From assembly GCA_039589815.1 (NCBI GenBank), contig JBDHGR010000001.1, positions 1-38,806 of the forward strand: a stretch of DNA of 38,806 nt. The letters run 5' to 3'. The notes under the pieces are model-generated. The model made no database searches. It saw only the letters and a list, made by a program, of their open reading frames with translations, and was not told the origin of the DNA. Made by a program: the position numbers and the translations under genes. This document shows, piece after piece, positions 7,769 to 16,481 of the stretch (position 1 is its first letter; every line of letters starts with the position of its first letter). The DNA comes from Gemmatimonadota bacterium. Its GTDB lineage: Bacteria > Gemmatimonadota > Gemmatimonadetes > Longimicrobiales > Gaopeijiaceae.

Positions 7769-9970
7769 TCATTGGACTCCTCCTTGACCCTCGAAAGAGC
7801 CACCCATCCCTTCTCCCTTCATCCACCGGTCGAACCACCGAAGCTCGTTCATCATCCGGTGGACATTGTTCCAGTGGCCCCTGATGCCATGGGCTTGCCC
7901 TTCGTACTGGATCACCCGGGCCGGAACTCCGTTCTTCTTCAGGGCCACGAACATCTGTTCGGCTTCGGAATATGGGACCCGTTGATCCAGCTCACCGTGA
8001 ACGAAAAGGGTCGGCGCCTGAACCTCGCCGGCATAGGTCAGGGGGGATTGCCGGATGAGTATTTCCAGGGCCTCCATCTCCCATGGTGACCCGAAGAACT
8101 CCGTCTCCTTGGTCCGAGCGATGTCGGCTGTGCCGTAGTCGCTCACCCAATTCACAATTCCGGCGCCGGCAACAGCGGCGGCGAAGCGGTCGGGATAGCG
8201 GGAGATGAGCCAGTTGGTCATGAACCCGCCGTATGAATGCCCGATGGATGCCACTCTCCCAGGATCGATGGAGAAGTTCGAAATCGCGTAGTCGATCCCC
8301 GCCATGACGTCCTCCCCATCCTTGTCCCCCCACGCCCCCCAGGTTCCCCACTTGAAGTCGACCCCATATCCGGTAGAGCTCCGGAAGTTGGTCTGGAGGA
8401 CGAAATATCCGTTTGCCGCGAATAGTTGGTGTTTGAAGTTGAAGCCATAACCCGAGGCTGAGTGGGGTCCGCCATGGCTATGGACGATCATGGGATAGGG
8501 GCCGTCCGCCGGATCGTATCCGTAGGGATAAAGGATCCACCCTTCCACGGTGGTGCCGTCGTAGCTGGGATACACCAGACGTTCGGCCCGACTCAGGCTG
8601 ACCCCGTCCAGAAGGTCACGGTAGAGGTCTGTCAGGCGGCGTTCACCCATACCGTCCAGCTCCGCCGCATATGCATCCGGTGGGGTCTCGAATGACCCGA
8701 CGGTATAAACCATGGTCGAGAAATCCTCTGAGATCTGGATTCCGTCATGGCTCCGCTCCCCATGGGTGATCTGCTCTACCGGCCCCCCAGCGGCCGCAAC
8801 TCGGAAGAGGTGAGTTCCCCCACTCTTCTCGGCCCTGAAGTAGATGAAATCCGAATCCGGCGACCAAATGGGCCCGCTCGGATCTAGATCCCATTCCGCC
8901 GTGAGGTTGACCGGGGTAGGGAGGCTCGTGGTTCCCGTGGTGGCGGTCCCCGAGGCGGCGGGGAGCCCATCCTCAAGGGCAATCAAGAAAAGGTCTCTGG
9001 GCCCGCCGTGGTCGAGCCGCTGGTCTTTGACCATGTCGGTCCCGTAACCACCGGTGTAGGAAAGGAAGGCGCCATCTGGGGAAAAGCTCAGGGACCCATA
9101 GGTCCAGCCATCATCTGTGAGGCGAATCGACTCGCCATCGATGGTGACGAGCCAGATATCCGGCCGCCCATACCGTAATTCGTTTTCCCATTCTGGGTCC
9201 GCGGTAAAGGCCAAGACACGGGAGTCGGGATGCCAGATCGGCGAACTGGGCCGCATTCCCAGCTCGGTCAGGGTCCGGGCCTCGGCAGTGGCGTCGCCCT
9301 CCAGGGATGCGCCTCCCTCCACCGGCGTGATCACGACCTCCCTGGGGGGGTTCGCCGTGGGATCCGGGACGGGGAAAGGTTGTCCGTCCCGTTGGAAGTT
9401 GAGCCAATCGAACTGGACACCTTGAAAACGTTCCTCATGCCGTAACTCGAAGGCGGTAAGGGCCGGCACGACGTCTTCCATGGCAGGCAGGTCTTCCAAC
9501 GAGGCGACCCAGAAACCATCGGGACTCCCGTTCCCCATGGGGGTATCGGAGGGCTCTGGCCGCGGCGGGCTCGTTGGGTCAGCCGGATCTATGCTCCACC
9601 GTCCGTCCCGGGTGTAGAAGAGACGCCCACCGGCGGTCCAGTCTGGGGCCATTACATCCTGGCCTCTGTGGAGGATATGTCGAGGGGGCGCAGAAGCATC
9701 TCCGGGCACGAGCCAAACCTCGTGAACATCCCCGTTGGTCTCCTCGACCGGGAGCGAGACGGCCAGTACCACCCAAGCCCCGTCAGGAGAGGGACGAATC
9801 CCTCTCAAGTCCTTGACCCTGTAATAGTCCTCGGGTTCAAGGGCCCGGCCCTGGGGCTCTGGGAACTCGGAGGAGAAGGATTGGGGAGGGGTGCTGGGAG
9901 TCGGAGGAGTACAACCTCCGACACCGACCCCGAAGAAAAGGGCTGTTGTCGCCCGGAGAAGGAATCTCAT
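7769..9970 (-). CDS. S9 family serine peptidase, predicted lipoprotein, with an N-terminal beta-propeller
   Basis: The track ORF runs to 10063. I prefer ATG 9970 because it is preceded by GGAGAGGAAGG and gives MRFLLRATTALFFGVGVGGC, a lipobox-like signal. Catalytic motifs are IGHSYGGFM, HGELDQRVP and GQAHGI. SPDG propeller repeats are present. Confidence 0.9.
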   Translation of the reverse strand: MRFLLRATTALFFGVGVGGCTPPTPSTPPQSFSSEFPEPQGRALEPEDYYRVKDLRGIRPSPDGAWVVLAVSLPVEETNGDVHEVWLVPGDASAPPRHILHRGQDVMAPDWTAGGRLFYTRDGRWSIDPADPTSPPRPEPSDTPMGNGSPDGFWVASLEDLPAMEDVVPALTAFELRHEERFQGVQFDWLNFQRDGQPFPVPDPTANPPREVVITPVEGGASLEGDATAEARTLTELGMRPSSPIWHPDSRVLAFTADPEWENELRYGRPDIWLVTIDGESIRLTDDGWTYGSLSFSPDGAFLSYTGGYGTDMVKDQRLDHGGPRDLFLIALEDGLPAASGTATTGTTSLPTPVNLTAEWDLDPSGPIWSPDSDFIYFRAEKSGGTHLFRVAAAGGPVEQITHGERSHDGIQISEDFSTMVYTVGSFETPPDAYAAELDGMGERRLTDLYRDLLDGVSLSRAERLVYPSYDGTTVEGWILYPYGYDPADGPYPMIVHSHGGPHSASGYGFNFKHQLFAANGYFVLQTNFRSSTGYGVDFKWGTWGAWGDKDGEDVMAGIDYAISNFSIDPGRVASIGHSYGGFMTNWLISRYPDRFAAAVAGAGIVNWVSDYGTADIARTKETEFFGSPWEMEALEILIRQSPLTYAGEVQAPTLFVHGELDQRVPYSEAEQMFVALKKNGVPARVIQYEGQAHGIRGHWNNVHRMMNELRWFDRWMKGEGMGGSFEGQGGVQ

Positions 9971-10181
9971 GTTCGGGTCCTTCCTCTCCAACGAGGAACG
10001 TGCAAAAGGTTCGGGACAATATTGGGCGGTGCCGGCAAAAGGGCGAACGTTCTCCCTTGCCATTTTCTCCCCACCGGGTCACGCTTCAGCCGTCCCATGG
10101 CACCTGGCCGATGATCCGCTGCACCCAGTTGCAGGAACCGTCCAGCGGTCGGCCCCTCGGCTTCCTGGCCCGAGACCGGAA

Positions 10182-11588
10182 ATGACAAAGGAAAAGACTC
10201 TCCTCTCCAGATTCTTCGGGTGGACCGCCGGAGTGTTCTTCCACGTGGAAAGACAGGGTGGTGCCGTCCCGGATGGGCCGCTGGTGGTGGTAGCCAATCA
10301 CCCCAATTCCCTCATGGATCCCCTGGTCCTCATCAGAGTTCTGAATCGCCAGACCAGACCCCTGGCTAAGGCCCCTCTCTTCGACCAGAAAATCCTGGGA
10401 TATATCCTCAGAGCAATGGGTGGTCTGCCTGTCTATCGGAAGCAGGATTCCCCGGGGGAGATGAAGAAGAACAAGGGGACCTTCGACGCAGCCGTAGCGG
10501 CCCTTTCCGGTGGAGATGCGATTCAGATCTATCCGGAAGGACTCTCCCACTCGGAGGCTTCCCTGGCCCCGCTCAGGACCGGCACGGCGCGAATCGCTTT
10601 TCAGGCGGAGGTAGACGCGGACTGGGCTCTTGGCCTTCGGATCCTCCCCGTGGGCCTAACCTACGTCCGGAAGACGTTCTTCAGAGGGCGAGTGGTGGCC
10701 CGAGTGGGAGACCCCATTGACGTGGGCGATTGGCAGAAAGCTCACAGCTCCAACGACCGGGAAGCGGTGCGTGATCTCACGGAAAAGATCAGGGGCGGGT
10801 TGGAGAAGGTCACCCTGAGCGCCGAGTCCCCTCGGGAAAGGGAGCTCATCGAAGTGGCGGAACGGGTTTACGCACGGGAATTGGGACTGGTGAGATGGAG
10901 GGAGCGGGAGAACCTCGGGGACCGGTTACCCCGCCTCAAGCTCTTCGCCAGGGGTGCAACCTGGCTTCGCACCGAAGACCCCGGACGGTATCGACGGTTG
11001 GCCCGGCGGATCAGAGCCTACGAGAGGGCGGCAGGGATCTTGGGAGCTGGCGAGGCCGGGGTGCCCCCGGAGTACCGGCTCGGAGCGACCCTCCGCTACG
11101 CCTCGATCGAGGGAAGCATTCTCCTGTTAGAGGGGCCGTTCGCCGCTGTCGGCATCCTGGCTTGGCTACCGGTCTTCATTCTCTCACGGCCCATCGTCCG
11201 CCGAATTCACCCTCAGTATGAGGCGTTGTCGACCTTCAAGTTCTCCGCATCGGCCTTTCTAGCCCTCCTGACACTCACTGGGTGGACCTTCCTGGCATGG
11301 TGGTTCGGTGGCTGGACCTGGGCAGTGGGCATCGGTGGGATCTTAATCCCGCTGGGACTTCTTGCTATCGCCTGGCACGAGCGTTGGATCCGGGTGGAAG
11401 AGGATGTGAAACTCTTCCTCAGAGTGGCCTTCAAGCGGGATCGCCGCGACCGCTTGGGAGGAATGCGCCGGGAGCTGGTGAAGGAGTTCGACAGGATTGG
11501 GCTGAGGATTGAGGCCGGAGATCGGGCCTCGGCTCGGAGGCTGGACCCGGCCAAAGAACCCTCTGAAACGCCAGATCCTACAAGGTAG
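10182..11588 (+). CDS. Lysophospholipid / glycerol-3-phosphate-type acyltransferase (PlsC-like domain) with a C-terminal membrane region
   Basis: The track ORF starts at 9891 and would overlap the divergent S9 gene. ATG 10182 (MTKEKTLLSRFFGW...) removes the overlap. It has the acyltransferase block VVANHPNSLMDP, plus YPEG and RTGTARIA motifs. Hydrophobic helices lie near the C-terminus (ILAWLPVFIL, FLALLTLTGWTFLAWWFGGW...). Confidence 0.8.
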   Translation: MTKEKTLLSRFFGWTAGVFFHVERQGGAVPDGPLVVVANHPNSLMDPLVLIRVLNRQTRPLAKAPLFDQKILGYILRAMGGLPVYRKQDSPGEMKKNKGTFDAAVAALSGGDAIQIYPEGLSHSEASLAPLRTGTARIAFQAEVDADWALGLRILPVGLTYVRKTFFRGRVVARVGDPIDVGDWQKAHSSNDREAVRDLTEKIRGGLEKVTLSAESPRERELIEVAERVYARELGLVRWRERENLGDRLPRLKLFARGATWLRTEDPGRYRRLARRIRAYERAAGILGAGEAGVPPEYRLGATLRYASIEGSILLLEGPFAAVGILAWLPVFILSRPIVRRIHPQYEALSTFKFSASAFLALLTLTGWTFLAWWFGGWTWAVGIGGILIPLGLLAIAWHERWIRVEEDVKLFLRVAFKRDRRDRLGGMRRELVKEFDRIGLRIEAGDRASARRLDPAKEPSETPDPTR

Positions 11589-12228
11589 AGGACGGGCAAA
11601 GGTGGGCTACCACACACTCCTGGCACCGCGGATTTCGGGCTTTGCAGGGGCCCCGACCATGGAAGATGAGAAGGTGGGATAACGGGGTCCACCGCTCCTG
11701 CGGAAACACCTCCATCAGGTCCAGTTCTATCTTTTCCGGGGTCTTCTCCCGAGTGAAACCCATGCGGCCCGCCAGGCGCTTCACGTGGGTGTCCACCACG
11801 ACTCCTTCGTCGATACCGAAAGCGTTTCCTAGAATGACGTTGGCCGTTTTCCTCCCGATGCCCGGAAGCTGCGTGAGCTCCGCTAGTGTCCGGGGAAGCT
11901 CCCCACCATGCTCCGCATAAACGGCCTTCGCCATGCCGATGAGGCTTCTTGCTTTGTTTCGGAAGAATCCCGTGGAGTGAATGATGGACTCCAACTCTTT
12001 CTGGCCTGCTGACGCCAGGGCGGCGGGGCTGGGGAAGCGCCGGAACACCTCCGGCGTCACCATGTTCACCCGCTCGTCGGTGCACTGCGCGGAAAGAATG
12101 GTGGCCACGGCCAGTTCGAAGGCATCTCCGTGGTTCAGCGCGGTCATGGCCCCTGGGTGCTCCCTTTCCAGGACCTCATAGATCTCCCCGGCCCGCTCGC
12201 GCTTGGCTTTCTTCGACTCTCGAGCCAT
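11578..12228 (-). CDS. nth: Endonuclease III (DNA glycosylase/AP lyase)
   Basis: HhH-GPD motif LPGIGRKTANVILGNAFG. C-terminal 4Fe-4S ligands CKARNPRCQECVVAHLC. ATG is at 12228, and a GTG one codon upstream at 12231 is also possible. Confidence 0.9.
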   Translation of the reverse strand: MARESKKAKRERAGEIYEVLEREHPGAMTALNHGDAFELAVATILSAQCTDERVNMVTPEVFRRFPSPAALASAGQKELESIIHSTGFFRNKARSLIGMAKAVYAEHGGELPRTLAELTQLPGIGRKTANVILGNAFGIDEGVVVDTHVKRLAGRMGFTREKTPEKIELDLMEVFPQERWTPLSHLLIFHGRGPCKARNPRCQECVVAHLCPSSTL

Positions 12229-12253
12229 CACCCCCCCCGCCCTTCTCGCACGG

Positions 12254-13051
12254 TCACGCCCCTCTCAGGATGATCCGGCGGGCAACCAGCCTACTTGGCT
12301 TCGGCCCGTCTCCCTCCCCGGAGCCCTGGAAGCCCTCAGCCACCGAGGCTGGAAAGACATCCAGGTACCAGAAGACGCGCATGGCCAGCTTCACGGCTTC
12401 AGCCCCAGCCTCCAGAGCATAGAGGTTCTCCAACTCTGCGCCAGGAAGAGAGCTCTTGAAGTCGTGCCCATCGGGTCGCACCGTCATGGCCGCCCACTCC
12501 CCTGCCGCGGAGACCGGGAGGGTGGGTAGAGGCACGACGCTCAGCCCGGGGCGGTCCTTCCTGATCCCCATGACAATGAGGAGGGAGAGGTTCTCCCCCT
12601 TGGGTGCCGACCAGAAGAACCCATCCATGGACTCGGGTGGAATCCCCTCGCCTCCGGGGACCCAGAAAAGATGATGGGGAAGCTGAATGTACCCTGCCGG
12701 ACCCGGTAGGGAGGCGATCCAATCCCCGCTTTCGGGTCCCGTCTCCACCAGATACCTCACGGCACCCGTTTCTAGTTGGAAGAAGGGCAGGCCCTCCTTC
12801 CAGAACTGAAAGGCGTGGAAGAGCAGAATACCGAATTGATGGATGAGCTGAGGGTCGTCCTCCTCCCCACGGACCTCCCGGAGCACGGCACCAGCCTCAC
12901 TCAGTAGAGCGAACCGCTCAGGATCGGACAACTCTGCCTGTCGTTCCTTCGCTTCCTCCTGAATGAGGGGAAACCGTTCGTCGAAATACCCTTCCTCGGG
13001 AAGGAGGAGCTCGTAGGGGGTGACCCTGGCGTAGGCGTCATGGATCGGCAT
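12254..13051 (-). CDS. Hypothetical cytoplasmic protein (265 aa) with no recognisable domain
   Basis: Open frame tightly packed between tricorn (28-nt gap) and nth (about 25-nt gap) on the same strand. It has no signal peptide and no motif I recognise. Confidence 0.65.
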   Translation of the reverse strand: MPIHDAYARVTPYELLLPEEGYFDERFPLIQEEAKERQAELSDPERFALLSEAGAVLREVRGEEDDPQLIHQFGILLFHAFQFWKEGLPFFQLETGAVRYLVETGPESGDWIASLPGPAGYIQLPHHLFWVPGGEGIPPESMDGFFWSAPKGENLSLLIVMGIRKDRPGLSVVPLPTLPVSAAGEWAAMTVRPDGHDFKSSLPGAELENLYALEAGAEAVKLAMRVFWYLDVFPASVAEGFQGSGEGDGPKPSRLVARRIILRGA

Positions 13052-13079
13052 GAGAGAGTCCTATCGCGACGGCTGACCC

Positions 13080-16000
13080 TTAACGCCCCCCGCCCTGGTA
13101 CTGGTAGAGCCCCTCCGACAGCATCCGTAGGGATTCGTCTACGGCGGCCTTCAACTCCCGGTCGAATCCAGCGAGTTCATCTTCCGGGGTGTTCCAGACA
13201 AAAACGTCCGGGGCCACGCCATAGTTCTCCAGGTTGATCCCGTGGTTATGGGGCTTGGTGGGATCATAGTTCACCACCAGGGACCCCGGGGTACGGATGG
13301 AACCGCCGTGAATGAGCCCATAACTCCCCGTGGCGATAACGGCTGCAGCGGTGGGGTTCCCGACGATGCTTCCCAAGTTCAGGTCCCTGAACCCCAGGGG
13401 CGTGACTTCGCTGTCGGAGCCGGAGCGGGCGTTGATGAGCATGACCTTGGGGCCGGCGATGGCCTGCCTCGGCCGTCGTCCCGAGCTCGGGGCCGCCCAC
13501 CGGTTGTTCCAGTATTCGTAAGGTCGCCGTTCGAGGATATCCAGAATCTGTTGGTCGGTGTTCCCGCCCCCGTTATAACGGATGTCTACGATGATGCCCT
13601 CCGCATTCCAGAAGCGGTTGATCTCGTTCTCAAAAACCCTCAAAGAGGACTGGTTCATGGACCGGATGTGCACATAGGCTATCTTCCCATCCGATTCCCG
13701 TTCCACGAATTCCCGATTCCCCTCCACCCACTCCTGGTACTGGATATTGCGAACGGAGGTGACGGTCTGGACCCTCTGGTCCCGGGCGTTGGTTCCATCA
13801 GGTGAGTCGGCCACCCGGAGCGTCACGTACTCGTTCAACACGTGGTTCAGGACCTTCCAGTAGTTTTCGGGAGGCCGAACTTCCTGGCCATCGATGGCCA
13901 GGACGAAATCCCCGACCTCCAGGTCCAGCCATTCTTTGTCCGCAGGGCCGTCCCGATACACATGGCTCACCCGGTATCGATCCTGGTAGGGTTCTAGCTC
14001 GATGCCCGGTAACCGGGTGGAGTATTCCTGGTCCATGCTCACGCTGGAGCGGCCACTGACCCCCACGTGAGATGCGTTCAGTTCCCCGATCATCTGGTTA
14101 GCCAAGCTGTGAGCGTCTTCGTAGCTCCCCAGGTGGGCCAAAAGGGGCCTGTAATGGGCCTTGATGGCATCCCAGTCCTTACCATGCATATTCGGGTCGT
14201 AGAACCTGAACTTCATTACCCTCCAAGCCTCTTCGAAAATCTGCTCCCACTCGGCCCGATGATCTACCTTCACCGAGAAGGAGAACTCCAGTGGTTCCGG
14301 ACTGCCCCTGGAGAGGGACATATGGTGAATCTCGCCCTGGCCGCGGCCGAAGAAGATGGTCCGCCTGTCCCTGGTGGGTTGGATATCACCGAAACTGCCA
14401 GAAGCCACTTTTCGCCGTTGTCCACCCTCGATAGGGAGATAGAAAAGGCCCGGCCCGTCGTCGTCGCTCGAGGTGAAGTAGACCCGCTCCCCATCCCGTG
14501 AGAGGAAATAGGCTCCGACTCCATTCTCCCCGGAAGTGAGCTGCTTGGCTCTCTCCCGAATCCCGTCGGGGTCCACATTGATGGCGGCGACCGGAGCTTC
14601 CTCCTCCTGCTCCCGTCCCCTCCAGTACTCGTACTCCCGAAACTCCTCCCTCAAATCCTCACCAGCTTCCTCCTCACGGGCCTTCACCAACGGATCATCG
14701 GGATCCTCGTTCAAAGCGGTCAGGGACGCCACGAATAAATGGGCCGTCCCCGCGTCCCGGGCGGACCGGAAAACGATGTGGGTGCCGTCGGGGGTCAGGA
14801 CACCGTCATAATCCCTGAAGGGATCCTGGGTAACGTTTACCTCCTGTCTGGAAGCGATCTCGAAAAGGTAAACCTCCGAGTCTTCATCCAAGTCGCTCCT
14901 GGAGAAGACCAACCAACGGCCGTCGCGGGAGTACTCGGAGAGATTGAAACCACGGTTCTGATTGTAGGCCAGCTCCGTGGTTCGGCCTGAGGAAACGTCG
15001 ACTTCGAAGAGGCGGTTGGCTGCCACGAAGCTGATTCGATCGGAGTCCGGTGACCAAACATAGTTGGTGGACTTGTAGGAATCGTGCTCCGAGAGTTTCC
15101 GGCGCTCGCCCGTGGCCAGATCCACAACCCACAGTTGTTCTTCGGCTCCTTCATCCGAAACGAAAGCCAGGTACTCACCGTTAGGAGAGAACTTCTGGTA
15201 GCGGTCCCGCCAAGGAGAGGATGTCAGTTGCCGCTTTTCTCCCTCTTCGGGATCTGTGGGAACCAGAAATATCTCCCCTCGGGAATCCACGGCTACTGTG
15301 TTCCCATCGGGGTGGACAGCGAATCCCTGGGCCCGATCTTCCACGTCCACCCATTCCAACTGGTTGATGGAGGGATCGAAGGAGAGCTCCACCGACACCT
15401 GCTGAGGAGCCCCGTTAGGAACGTCCAGGACGTAGAGCCCATGGTCGCTGGTATAAACGATGGTTCGCCCGTCGTTGCTGATGGCTGGATATTTGACGCC
15501 GCCTTGGGTGTGGCGGGTGACTTGGGCGACGCTTCCACCATCGGGCGCCATCTTCCAGATGTTGAAGATCCCGTCCCGCTCACTCACGAAGTAGATCATG
15601 TCGTCCGCCCCCCACATGGGGATGGCGTCATGAACGTGCTCCCGGAACCCCTCCATCTCCGGGTTGTCCACCGGATCGGTGAGCTTGGTGAAGCTTCCGG
15701 CCTCGCGGTCCATCAGCCAGATATCCGTGGTCCGGTTTCCCCTCTGTCCTTTTCGAGAGGTGCTCACGGAGGCCCGATTGAAAGCCACATAGCGGCCATC
15801 GGGGCTGATGGCGGCGTTGCGAGCCTGGTCCATCCCCAAGGGGAGGGGAAGGTCGCCCTCTGGAGAAACCGTATACATGGGAGAAAAGAACGGGTGGTTC
15901 CCGCGGGTGGTTCCAAACATGATCCGACCGTCCCGCGTCCAACCTTCGACGTTGTCTCCAGTGGTGTGGTACGTGAGCTGTTTGGGCTCCCCTCCCTCCA

Positions 16001-16298
16001 CTCCAACCAGGAAGACGTCGTTGTTCCCAAACCGGTTGCTGGAGAAGGCGATGGACTGCCCGTCCGGCGAGAACCTGGGAGCCACGTCCCGGGCCACATG
16101 GTTCGTGACCCGCCTCACGGGCGTGCCATCCCTCTCAACGATCCAGATGTCCCCCTGGTAGGAGAAGGCGATGAGATCCCCGTGGACGTGGGGATTCATC
16201 ATGAACCTGATGGGTTCCGGGGGTGTGGCGCCTGTATTTGAAAAGGTCAGGGTCAGGGCAAAGACCGAAAGGAGCATCGGTACGCGCAGGGTCCTCAT
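13080..16298 (-). CDS. Tricorn protease homologue (S41 family; beta-propellers + PDZ + C-terminal peptidase domain), secreted
   Basis: About 1072 aa. The N-terminus MNPHVHGDLIAFSYQGDIWIV is typical of tricorn homologues. Repeated SPDG propeller motifs are present. The C-terminal S41-like block is NARSGSDSEV. ATG 16298 is preceded by GGAGG; the track starts 4 codons earlier at a GTG. Signal peptide MRTLRVPMLLSVFALTLTFSNTGA. Confidence 0.9.
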   Translation of the reverse strand: MRTLRVPMLLSVFALTLTFSNTGATPPEPIRFMMNPHVHGDLIAFSYQGDIWIVERDGTPVRRVTNHVARDVAPRFSPDGQSIAFSSNRFGNNDVFLVGVEGGEPKQLTYHTTGDNVEGWTRDGRIMFGTTRGNHPFFSPMYTVSPEGDLPLPLGMDQARNAAISPDGRYVAFNRASVSTSRKGQRGNRTTDIWLMDREAGSFTKLTDPVDNPEMEGFREHVHDAIPMWGADDMIYFVSERDGIFNIWKMAPDGGSVAQVTRHTQGGVKYPAISNDGRTIVYTSDHGLYVLDVPNGAPQQVSVELSFDPSINQLEWVDVEDRAQGFAVHPDGNTVAVDSRGEIFLVPTDPEEGEKRQLTSSPWRDRYQKFSPNGEYLAFVSDEGAEEQLWVVDLATGERRKLSEHDSYKSTNYVWSPDSDRISFVAANRLFEVDVSSGRTTELAYNQNRGFNLSEYSRDGRWLVFSRSDLDEDSEVYLFEIASRQEVNVTQDPFRDYDGVLTPDGTHIVFRSARDAGTAHLFVASLTALNEDPDDPLVKAREEEAGEDLREEFREYEYWRGREQEEEAPVAAINVDPDGIRERAKQLTSGENGVGAYFLSRDGERVYFTSSDDDGPGLFYLPIEGGQRRKVASGSFGDIQPTRDRRTIFFGRGQGEIHHMSLSRGSPEPLEFSFSVKVDHRAEWEQIFEEAWRVMKFRFYDPNMHGKDWDAIKAHYRPLLAHLGSYEDAHSLANQMIGELNASHVGVSGRSSVSMDQEYSTRLPGIELEPYQDRYRVSHVYRDGPADKEWLDLEVGDFVLAIDGQEVRPPENYWKVLNHVLNEYVTLRVADSPDGTNARDQRVQTVTSVRNIQYQEWVEGNREFVERESDGKIAYVHIRSMNQSSLRVFENEINRFWNAEGIIVDIRYNGGGNTDQQILDILERRPYEYWNNRWAAPSSGRRPRQAIAGPKVMLINARSGSDSEVTPLGFRDLNLGSIVGNPTAAAVIATGSYGLIHGGSIRTPGSLVVNYDPTKPHNHGINLENYGVAPDVFVWNTPEDELAGFDRELKAAVDESLRMLSEGLYQYQGGGR

Positions 16299-16481
16299 GG
16301 TCGCCTCCACATTTCACGAGAGTCGGTGTCGGAATCCGCGTTAAAGTACGCCCGCACGCTGGCACGGGCCACGAAGCGCTCCTGGAAAAGACCCAGGATC
16401 GCCTCGCGGCTCCGTTGGCGCTATTATCCCGCCCCACAATTCCGATCGTTTGCGTGGTATGTGATCCAAGAGGAGCTCGCC

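Noticed and set aside
9891-10181. N-terminal extensions in the ORF track: the acyltransferase at 9891-10181, M14 at 16326-16481, GlyRS at 23141-23383, the ABC-2 permease at 25562-26074, PadR at 24338-24373 and the PEP-CTERM gene at 33081-33179.
   Set aside because: The extensions overlap neighbouring genes or lack coding character. Internal ATGs with Shine-Dalgarno sequences give canonical N-termini or signal peptides.
11373-11388. Sigma-54-like TGGCACG-agcg-TTGGA on the plus strand.
   Set aside because: The -12 element lacks the invariant GC (TTGG instead of TTGC). The site is inside the acyltransferase coding sequence, with no downstream gene start.
15084-16241. 385-aa ORF antisense to the tricorn gene. 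Similar long antisense or off-frame ORFs occur at 34994-36172 (+), 19619-20518 (+), 19671-20570 (-), 11213-12085 (-), 2304-2990 (-), 33252-33926 (-) and 33431-34105 (+).
   Set aside because: These are shadow ORFs expected in high-GC DNA. Their translations are Arg/Pro/Gly-rich and low in complexity, they have no motifs, and they lie fully inside genes with strong family signatures on the other strand or frame.
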